A DNA stretch of 64,000 nt from a virus. The stretch lies in IMG/VR virus record IMGVR_UViG_3300019854_000029, positions 56,360 through 120,359 of that record. One strand, given 5' to 3'. Every line of letters begins with the position of its first letter. The first letter of the stretch is position 1. A program made the translations under genes and the position numbers. Positions 44,324 through 50,831 of the stretch are shown piece by piece. The notes under the pieces were generated by a model. The model worked only from the letters and a program-made list of their open reading frames with translations. It was not told the origin of the DNA and ran no database searches.

Positions 44324-44527
44324 TTAGTCCTTTTCCGTTTGGACGACGGTTAGGAGCTTTTCTGGGTCGATGTCAGCTTCCCTGTAGTACCAATGCCCTC
44401 CGGGGGACTGGTATGCGGTGAGTTTTCCTTGTCGAGTCCAGTTTTTAAGTGTCTCTCGACTGATTCCTAGTTTTTCGGCTGCTTCCGCGACGGTGAGCAG
44501 GCCCTCAAAAAGTTGTGCCATGCCCAC
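44324..44527 (-). CDS. Excisionase/MerR-type helix-turn-helix DNA-binding protein (67 aa)
   Basis: LLTVAEAAEKLGISRETLKNWTRQGKLTAYQSPGGHWYYREADID matches the excisionase-family HTH pattern. Confidence 0.7.
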   Translation of the reverse strand: MGMAQLFEGLLTVAEAAEKLGISRETLKNWTRQGKLTAYQSPGGHWYYREADIDPEKLLTVVQTEKD

Positions 44528-44569
44528 AATGTTAGCAACAGATGGTAGTGTTTTGCGGTTTTTGCAGTT

Positions 44570-45655
44570 TTAGGCGGCGACGGGTGTTTTCGCGAGGTGT
44601 TCGGCAACGAGAATGTTCGCCGCTGCGCCCACACGGCGGGGCGACATAGAGGGGTTAGCGGAGCGTACTTGCTCATAGAACATGTCGAACAGTCGGCTGC
44701 GTTCACGCGATTCTGCGTCCTCTTCGGCATCGAGCATGGCTTCTACGGCAGCGTCTTGCCTGCTGCGAGCTTCTTCTGCCTGCTTGCGGGCCGCTTCCTG
44801 CTTCTGGGCGGGCGACACGTCGGGGTTGATCTTGTTTTCCATGCGGAAACGGAGGAAAGCGAACATGTTATGCACGTTGGACGGCATACCCTCGCTGAGG
44901 ATTGACGCGATTTCTACGTGCATCCACCCGATGTTGAGGCGAGCTTGGACAAGCTGGTACATTTCCTCGATCTGCGTGTCAGTCCACGCTTCTACGCCCA
45001 CGCCTTGAGGCATACACGAGGCGACGATCTCACGCTTAGAACGCCCATTACGGGCACGGGCCTGCATCGCTGCTTCCGCTTTGAGAACACGTTCACGCTT
45101 ACGAGCATTCATACGCTTTTCGCGCTTACGGGCACGGGCTTCCTTAATCGCCGCGCGCTCTTCGCTAGTGGAGCGAACGTAGGCAACAGCGTCACGAACA
45201 GTGGAAGCAACCTGCTCAATGGGAGACTCGATCTCTTCCTCAGCAACAGGCTCAAGGAGAATAAGCTCAGGGGCTTGCGGTTCCCACGGGCCGAAACGGT
45301 TAATGGTTACAGGCTTACGGGTAGAGCCGTCATAACGGTAGCCTTCAAGCCACATTTCAATGGTCGGAATGTGAATCGTGTGTACTGCGCTAGTGCGGTG
45401 CTTCACGCCGCGAGCGTCCGTCCAGTACCGGTGCTGGGTGTGCATGAGACCGAGTTCCCTGAAGCGCTTGAGTACTTTCTCAAGGTAGCTTTTTGAGCAT
45501 CCGATCTCGCGGGACATCGTGTCTAGGCTCTTCCAAATCTGCCACGAGTTCTCGTTAGCGTTTTTAACGAGATAGAAGAGAATATCTTGTTCCTTGAACG
45601 TCATTGCGATGACGGTGACGATGCTTTTAGCTGCACGGATTAGTGCGCGGGACAT
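44570..45655 (-). CDS. Winged-helix DNA-binding protein (361 aa), candidate replication initiator or replication-relaxation protein
   Basis: AAGGAG RBS. The N-terminal domain ...SREIGCSKSYLEKVLKRFRELGLMHTQHRYWTDARGVKHRTSAVHTIHIPTIEMWLEGYRYDGSTRKPV is paralogous to 46181-46597. The function is inferred from architecture and position only. Confidence 0.4.
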   Translation of the reverse strand: MSRALIRAAKSIVTVIAMTFKEQDILFYLVKNANENSWQIWKSLDTMSREIGCSKSYLEKVLKRFRELGLMHTQHRYWTDARGVKHRTSAVHTIHIPTIEMWLEGYRYDGSTRKPVTINRFGPWEPQAPELILLEPVAEEEIESPIEQVASTVRDAVAYVRSTSEERAAIKEARARKREKRMNARKRERVLKAEAAMQARARNGRSKREIVASCMPQGVGVEAWTDTQIEEMYQLVQARLNIGWMHVEIASILSEGMPSNVHNMFAFLRFRMENKINPDVSPAQKQEAARKQAEEARSRQDAAVEAMLDAEEDAESRERSRLFDMFYEQVRSANPSMSPRRVGAAANILVAEHLAKTPVAA

Positions 45656-45750
45656 AAAAAATACTCCTTGGTATTAAGAAGAATCATTGCGTGCTTCATA
45701 GGCTATAGCCGCTCTCCCGGTCTGTCAAACACGGGGAGGAAAAAATTTTT

Positions 45751-45816
45751 AGGCCCAGTTGGAATGAACCAACCGGGCCTAACGCAAATTCTTCTTAACT
45801 CACGAGGAGTTAAGAA
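45751..45816. other. Two adjacent strong hairpins in the divergent intergenic region (ori/oriT candidate)
   Basis: AGGCCCAGTTGG (45751-45762) / CCAACCGGGCCT (45769-45780), 12 bp with 1 mismatch. TTCTTAACTC (45792-45801) / GAGTTAAGAA (45807-45816), 10 bp perfect. Confidence 0.6.
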
Positions 45817-46054
45817 AATAATCCCACGTAACCACAGTGTTTGCAACTGTTACCACGCGATTCCAGCTAAGAGTTTCCTGCAATCTGCCATGACGAGACC
45901 TTGACGCGCGCCACTACCTGTTCGCCAACTCTAAAAGCATTTGAGAAAATATTTCCCCCGCCGTTAGGCGGTAGATCTATCAGTCGCACTGCGTCCACAC
46001 ATGGGGGGAGGGGGTTATTCTTCATTATTCTTCTTCTATTCACTAAAGGTATAT

Positions 46055-46090
46055 ATAGTGCTCTTCCCTATAGTGCTCTTCCCTATAGTT
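46055..46090 (+). repeat. Tandem 15-bp direct repeat ATAGTGCTCTTCCCT x2.4, preceded by an AT-rich ATTCTTC-repeat tract
   Basis: Copies at 46055-46069 and 46070-46084, plus a partial copy at 46085-46090. The upstream 46016-46040 reads TTATTCTTCATTATTCTTCTTCTATTC. Confidence 0.8.
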
Positions 46091-46180
46091 CTACTCCGGT
46101 TTTACCAGTTGTCCCAATAAAAACACGCGACTAATCCGCCCCGTGTAAACACGTAACAACAGTCAGTAAGGAAGTACCCC

Positions 46181-46597
46181 ATGTGCGTACAACAGCTCAT
46201 CAACGCGGGTGAACTAGCTCCATATATCGGACTAAGGCCACGACTCACTAGGCTCTTAGAACTTCTTGCTAAATATGCCGGTGAAAAAACACAACAGCTT
46301 TGCTGTAGCCAAGAAACCCTCGCCGCGCACCTGTCATGCTCTGTTAGGACTATTTCTCGCGACCTTCACACGCTTTCGTCTCTAGGTCTCATCCACGTGC
46401 AGCCCCGGTACTTGGAGGATCGTAAGCACGTTAAGCACCGCACGACTGATGTCATCACGGTTCATATCCCTACCGTCGCTGAGTGGGACGCGGGCGTTCG
46501 CTATGACGGTTCTACTAGGCCAGCAATTAAAAACGCTAACTACTGGCGTGCTGGCGCTCCCGACATCATTGAAGTTCCTATGGCTCCCGAGAAATAA
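46181..46597 (+). CDS. Winged-helix DNA-binding protein (138 aa), paralog of the N-terminal domain of 44570-45655
   Basis: AAGGAAG RBS. ...LSCSVRTISRDLHTLSSLGLIHVQPRYLEDRKHVKHRTTDVITVHIPTVAEWDAGVRYDGSTRPA aligns with the Rep-like protein on the other side of the intergenic region. Confidence 0.6.
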   Translation: MCVQQLINAGELAPYIGLRPRLTRLLELLAKYAGEKTQQLCCSQETLAAHLSCSVRTISRDLHTLSSLGLIHVQPRYLEDRKHVKHRTTDVITVHIPTVAEWDAGVRYDGSTRPAIKNANYWRAGAPDIIEVPMAPEK

Positions 46598-46853
46598 ACA
46601 GACCCCCTCGCAACGCGAAACCTAATCGCACACAAACTAAGGGGCCGTTCGACACGAAACCGAACAGCCCCTGTAAGTATTACCTTTACCTTTCTAGTCG
46701 CCTCTGTAGCTTGTAGCAGATTAGGAAAAACTCTTACAAGTAGCTACACCGCGTTCTCATCGCTCAATGCGTGAACGGGCATCGAGATAAAAAGAACCGC
46801 CCGGCACGAAAACATCTTGAAAATAGCGCGCTAATATGCTTCGCTTCTATATA

Positions 46854-46926
46854 GCGGCTGTAGTTCAGTTGGTAGAGCACCCGGATATGGACCGGGAGGT
46901 CGCGGGTTCGAGTCCCGCCATCCGCG
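46854..46926 (+). tRNA. Atypical tRNA gene; anticodon reads AUG (His codon CAU) in a manual cloverleaf
   Basis: Acceptor GCGGCTG/CATCCGC (C5-U68 mismatch), D stem GTTC/GAGC, anticodon stem CCCGG/CCGGG with loop ATATGGA, variable AGGTC, T arm GCGGG-TTCGAGT-CCCGC, discriminator G, no encoded CCA. Confidence 0.6.
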
Positions 46927-46980
46927 CTGATGAAAGTCTCAAAGCCTTTGCAACGATTACAAGCAAAGACCGCTGTTCGC

Positions 46981-47385
46981 CTACATCTTTTTACCGGCTA
47001 GGGCCTCTAGCATCCGCAGCATTTCTTCTTCAGAGACCTCGGCTTCTTTTGCGATTGCCTTAAACTCCTCCGTGTTACCTGCGGCGTAGTCGAGGAGGAG
47101 CCGCGCACCTTTCGGGGTAATCTGCACCATTTCTTCGCAGCGGATACTCTCGTGGAAGGAATCGGGCAGTTCAATCCTTCCGCGTTTTTCGAGGCTGAGG
47201 AGCGCTTCGATCACATCATGTTCAGTACTGCCAATTACTCGCGCGATATCTTCCGGGTGGTCAAGGATGCGGGTGAACGAGCCAGTTGAGCCTCCGGTTA
47301 GATAGTAGAGGACTCTTTCTTCGACTGGCGAGAGCGGTGACTGTGGGCGGCGGGCGCGGTTTTTACGTGAGGGGCGCACTGACAT
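46981..47385 (-). CDS. Winged-helix (MarR/ArsR-like) transcription regulator (134 aa)
   Basis: LSPVEERVLYYLTGG...FTRILDHPEDIARVIGSTEHDVIEALLSLEKRGRIEL follows a wHTH pattern. It is divergent from 47543-47959. Confidence 0.45.
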   Translation of the reverse strand: MSVRPSRKNRARRPQSPLSPVEERVLYYLTGGSTGSFTRILDHPEDIARVIGSTEHDVIEALLSLEKRGRIELPDSFHESIRCEEMVQITPKGARLLLDYAAGNTEEFKAIAKEAEVSEEEMLRMLEALAGKKM

Positions 47386-47507
47386 TGAGGTTCCTTTTCT
47401 TGCGAAAGCGGTGTCTTTATTGAATGTTACGTGGCGTGTCAGTGAGGTTTCTAAACGCTAACTGCTTATTGCGAGAGGCTTGTGTTGAAACGAGTCAACG
47501 AATAGTG

Positions 47508-47536
47508 TTGCACGTTCCTATAACTGGTAGTATCAT
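47508..47536 (+). promoter_or_regulatory. Sigma-70-type promoter TTGCAC-N17-TATCAT, positioned for a leaderless transcript
   Basis: The -10 ends 6 nt before the ATG at 47543, so the expected start site falls at or next to the start codon. No SD is present. Confidence 0.5.
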
Positions 47537-47542
47537 GAGCGT

Positions 47543-47959
47543 ATGAGCCGAAACCGAAACCACACTAACCAGCAAATTAAAGCGTGGGTACTCGCCTACT
47601 ACAAGGCCTACGGATGCTGGCCCACCCAACGCGAAACGCGCGTCGCACTCCGATGCTCTATTGATCGCGCAGTCATTGCGATCAAGGAAGCTAAAAACGA
47701 CCTCGCTAACGGGGCGGAACAAAGGTTCGCTAAAGCCCTTGCCATATACGCCGGGTTCCGTAGCTTAGAGGACGCTTTTACACACATTGACACTTTGACC
47801 GAGAAGCCGGTAAGTCGCCAGAGAAAGAACGACCTGCGGGCCTTAGTCACAATCCTCACTGGCACTGCCCCAAGTTACAGCCTCACCAGCGAGGAGCTGC
47901 GCGACATAATCCGTGCCAATACCAAACCAACACCAATAACCAACACTGAACAGGAATAA
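47543..47959 (+). CDS. Hypothetical protein (138 aa), possible DNA-binding regulator
   Basis: First gene of the plus-strand accessory block. N-terminal QQIKAWVLAYYKAYGCWPTQRETRVALRCSIDRAVIAIKEAK is vaguely LexA-N/wHTH-like. Confidence 0.5.
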   Translation: MSRNRNHTNQQIKAWVLAYYKAYGCWPTQRETRVALRCSIDRAVIAIKEAKNDLANGAEQRFAKALAIYAGFRSLEDAFTHIDTLTEKPVSRQRKNDLRALVTILTGTAPSYSLTSEELRDIIRANTKPTPITNTEQE

Positions 47960-47963
47960 AACC

Positions 47964-48479
47964 ATGTCCCTGACAACTATCTTCTTCCCACCGCAGCCGG
48001 TGCTACTCGGTCTCACTATCGCGCTCCCAATTCTCGTGCTGGTCGCGTTCGTCTCGCGGAAGATCGCCGTAAATCTCAATGAGAAGCAAGAAGCGCCGTC
48101 CATCGCAGAAGTGATCTTGTATGGCATTTCCTCTGTCAGCAAGCTGCTGGTAGCGCCGCTCGCAGTGTACGTTCTCTACACTGGTGGGTTCTGGCTATTC
48201 ACGAACGCTAGTACCGATTTCTGCCACACACTTGGTCAAATCGGCAGAGTCTTGTTGGTACTACTTTTTGCAGCAGCTCTAGTTCTATCAGTTGTAGCGG
48301 CCTCCGTGGGTGCGGGGTTGCACAACATTGAGGCGGATGCAGAGCTTGAGGACTTGGAAAACAACCGCGAATACAAAGCCCTAAAGGCCATAGATAAGGC
48401 TCTTCCTCCCGTAGAGGTGCGCGTGAGCGCAGCTCTTGCTCTCGGCCCGCTTTTCTTTGCCATTGTCGCCGTATTTTAA
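47964..48479 (+). CDS. Small polytopic membrane protein (171 aa)
   Basis: About four hydrophobic helices. It starts 5 nt after the upstream stop. Confidence 0.6.
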   Translation: MSLTTIFFPPQPVLLGLTIALPILVLVAFVSRKIAVNLNEKQEAPSIAEVILYGISSVSKLLVAPLAVYVLYTGGFWLFTNASTDFCHTLGQIGRVLLVLLFAAALVLSVVAASVGAGLHNIEADAELEDLENNREYKALKAIDKALPPVEVRVSAALALGPLFFAIVAVF

Positions 48480-48499
48480 CCACTAAAGGACACTAAAAA

Positions 48500-48826
48500 A
48501 TGAGTCGCCGTAAATACACGAACCTGATGATCGTCACCTCGATCAAGCAGTTAATCTCTTCCCGCGTCTCGCGGCCCACACCTGAGCTTGTCGCTGAGAC
48601 AGAACGCTTCCTCAAACAGTGGCGTGACCCGGAAGAAATCGAACCAGCCGAAGGGCTACTTCTCAGCCGGGAAAAGCTCTATGCAATCCGCGCAGCCTAC
48701 AAGCGCAGTGGTTACGCGGGGCCGCTCATCGGCTTGTTCGACGAACTGGAACGCAACGTTGAGGCCGCTTTCAACGTCAAGCGAGGGAAGAAGGGACTAC
48801 CAGCATGGGTGCTAGGCGCGGCATAG
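48500..48826 (+). CDS. Hypothetical protein (108 aa)
   Basis: ATG preceded by AAAGGA. No motif recognised. Confidence 0.55.
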   Translation: MSRRKYTNLMIVTSIKQLISSRVSRPTPELVAETERFLKQWRDPEEIEPAEGLLLSREKLYAIRAAYKRSGYAGPLIGLFDELERNVEAAFNVKRGKKGLPAWVLGAA

Positions 48827-49284
48827 CCCGCGAACTCCACGCTTACAGTGCCGACAGTGAGTTCACTGACCTGCTGAAAGGCCGCTACATCACTGACATT
48901 GTTGACGATGAAATCCTCGTCCTCGACAACGGCATGTGGCTCCACATTCAGACAGAGAATGAGGACTGTAAGGGTGGCACGTTCATCCAGTACCTCAACA
49001 TTTGTGGCAGGAATGATGCGCGTATCATGTCCGCGCGCCTCGTCGATGACTACGAGGAAAACTCGCGCTCGTTCACCACAGATTTAGTGACATATACGTT
49101 GTTCGTCATGGTCAACGACATGGAACGCCCCGTCCTCAAAATCGCCCGAGAGGACGCGCCCTACTACCCGCGTGGCTTCACGATCACCGCCTACGTCTCC
49201 CAAGACGCTTACATAGATCGCTGGTACCACATGCGCGAACACTCCAACACGTCGAGCAGCCGTTTCAAGTGGCTGAAACGCTAA
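48805..49284 (+). CDS. Hypothetical protein (159 aa), paralog of the N-terminal domain of 54879-55943
   Basis: LLKGRYITDIVDDEILVLDNGMWLHI...DARIMSARLVDD...YTLFVMV...GFTITAYV aligns with LLRGRYVTSIDNDVITLDNGIELHI...KARIMSAYVDCD...YTIFVIV...GFTLTATI. Confidence 0.6.
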   Translation: MGARRGIARELHAYSADSEFTDLLKGRYITDIVDDEILVLDNGMWLHIQTENEDCKGGTFIQYLNICGRNDARIMSARLVDDYEENSRSFTTDLVTYTLFVMVNDMERPVLKIAREDAPYYPRGFTITAYVSQDAYIDRWYHMREHSNTSSSRFKWLKR

Positions 49285-49300
49285 ACCGAAAGCACCCAGA

Positions 49301-49780
49301 ATGTTTTTCCCTACGCTCGCGACAGAAACACGCATTTTCCTCACTGTGAGCATCATGCTCCTCGGACTAGCAGGCACACTATCGCTGGCAAACGTCTACC
49401 ACTTGTATGACCAGAAAGACGTGGCGTGGACGCTCAATAACTTCCACATGCCGCTTAATCTAACGAGCAAGATCACGGCGGTATTGATCTGGTTGGGAAT
49501 CGTCCTAAACGCAGTGTATCTAGTGCTAACGTACCGGACTAACGCGGGCGTGCCGGGAGAAAACCTGTCCCACATTTCCATGATCGCCGCGCTCACGTGT
49601 TTCGCTGTCCCGCCAGCGTTAACTCGGCTACTGATCGACCTCACCGCAAAGCGCAGTAAGCACGTGAAGCAGTGTTTCGAGTTCCCGAAATGGTTGAACT
49701 GGCTGGCTTACGCGCCCTCCGTCATCATCACAACAGCAGCGTATGTGACTCTCTGGTTCGCATACCTGCACGAAATCTAA
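49301..49780 (+). CDS. Small polytopic membrane protein (159 aa)
   Basis: Four hydrophobic helices. Confidence 0.6.
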   Translation: MFFPTLATETRIFLTVSIMLLGLAGTLSLANVYHLYDQKDVAWTLNNFHMPLNLTSKITAVLIWLGIVLNAVYLVLTYRTNAGVPGENLSHISMIAALTCFAVPPALTRLLIDLTAKRSKHVKQCFEFPKWLNWLAYAPSVIITTAAYVTLWFAYLHEI

Positions 49781-49811
49781 ACCAAACAAAACCCGGAAAG
49801 GACAACCAATC

Positions 49812-50300
49812 ATGACTCTCTCTGTTAAGCGTCGTGACGACATTCGCGTCTCTAATCTCGTTGAGATGCTGCCGCTCATCGAAATTCCGGACACCGAACC
49901 GCTGTGGGACGACCTAAAGAAAGCGCGTCTAATCGACTCAATCTTGAACAATATTCCCATCGGCCAGATTTTCCTCATGCCCCATCCGCGTCAAACCATC
50001 GGCCCAAGCGGCTGGGCGTATGAGTATCGGATTCTCGACGGCCACGACCGACTCAACGCCATTGCAGACTTCGTGAACGGAAACCTCCTATTGGAGGACG
50101 ACTTCAAGCTCTTTGAGAATGAGTTCGTCCAAGCGCGAGGAATGACGTTCAAGGACCTCAAGGAGGCATATCCGAGGCTTGCAACGCGCTTCGTGAACTA
50201 CCAGCTCGATATTCAGGTCGTTGAAGCGAGTAGCAAGCTCGAAATCGCCCGCATGTTCGAGCGAATGGGCATCGACAGTTACTGTTTTGGACGAGAGTAG
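49812..50300 (+). CDS. DUF262 (ParB/GmrSD N-terminal)-like protein, 162 aa
   Basis: ...WDDLKKARLIDSILNNIPIGQIFLM...YRILDGHDRLNAIADFVNG... matches the DUF262 pattern with DGQQR changed to DGHDR. No DUF1524 partner domain is present. Confidence 0.5.
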   Translation: MTLSVKRRDDIRVSNLVEMLPLIEIPDTEPLWDDLKKARLIDSILNNIPIGQIFLMPHPRQTIGPSGWAYEYRILDGHDRLNAIADFVNGNLLLEDDFKLFENEFVQARGMTFKDLKEAYPRLATRFVNYQLDIQVVEASSKLEIARMFERMGIDSYCFGRE

Positions 50301-50360
50301 ACAAGGGGAGCCGTCGTGAGAGATCGCGGCGGTCCTCTTGGTTTTGCTGCTAAAAGACAT

Positions 50361-50399
50361 TTGCTTGCACGCTGCCATACTGCTACAATTTAGGTACAC
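50361..50399 (+). promoter_or_regulatory. Promoter module copy P5 (TTGCTT-N17-TACAAT followed by TTAGGTACAC), the best copy
   Basis: Near-consensus -35/-10 with TGc as an extended -10. The core GCCATACTGCTACAATTTAGGTACAC (50374-50399) is shared with five other operon heads. Confidence 0.65.
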
Positions 50400-50460
50400 G
50401 GCTAGTGTAAAGAAAGCCGATAAACTCAATCCACGCAAACCACATAAAGGCAATAAGACC

Positions 50461-50682
50461 ATGAGCGACACCCCCAAGCCCGAGCGCCACATCGAGGTAA
50501 AACTCATTAACTCAGGCCGCGTCCTCCGCACTCAAGCACTAGGTGAATACGCCGACAAGATGTTCGATTCTATGATGAGGAGCATTCTTAACCTGTCCAT
50601 GCTCCACGGCCCAGCGTGCGACCTGGGGGACATTTTTATTCCGGCTCACGCTATCGAGTGGATTGAAATCGTCGAGGATTAA
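50461..50682 (+). CDS. Small protein (73 aa), paralog of 51889-52128
   Basis: I use the ATG at 50461 (MSDTPKPERHIEVKLINSGRVLRT...HAIEWIEIVED). It aligns with MYHIEIGIIGSSRVIRT...HAVAWVQIVKD. The ORF-track start at 50338 lies upstream of the promoter. Confidence 0.6.
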   Translation: MSDTPKPERHIEVKLINSGRVLRTQALGEYADKMFDSMMRSILNLSMLHGPACDLGDIFIPAHAIEWIEIVED

Positions 50683-50713
50683 AAAGTGAACGCGGCAAGT
50701 AGTTGCCGCAAAT

Positions 50714-50786
50714 GCTCCTATAGCTCAACTGGCAGAGCAACGGACTTTTAATCCGTGGGTTCAGGGTTCAAGTCCCTGTGGGAGCA
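50714..50786 (+). tRNA. tRNA-Lys (anticodon UUU)
   Basis: Acceptor GCTCCTA/TGGGAGC (one G-U), D arm GCTC-AACTGGCA-GAGC, anticodon stem ACGGA/TCCGT with loop CTTTTAA, variable GGGTT, T arm CAGGG-TTCAAGT-CCCTG, discriminator A followed by CC. Confidence 0.85.
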
Positions 50787-50831
50787 CCGCCACAAACCAA
50801 AACATAAAACAACAACAGGAAAGAGAAGATC

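Noticed and set aside
44324-44527. Is the excisionase-type HTH evidence that the element is an integrated ICE with an att site at the tRNA genes?
   Set aside because: No integrase or recombinase gene and no direct repeat of a tRNA 3' end were seen. This HTH family is also used by ordinary regulators, so integration status is left open.
46836-47063. 75-aa plus-strand ORF in the track.
   Set aside because: It runs straight through the tRNA gene at 46854-46926 and into the convergent regulator gene. It is explained by the tRNA.
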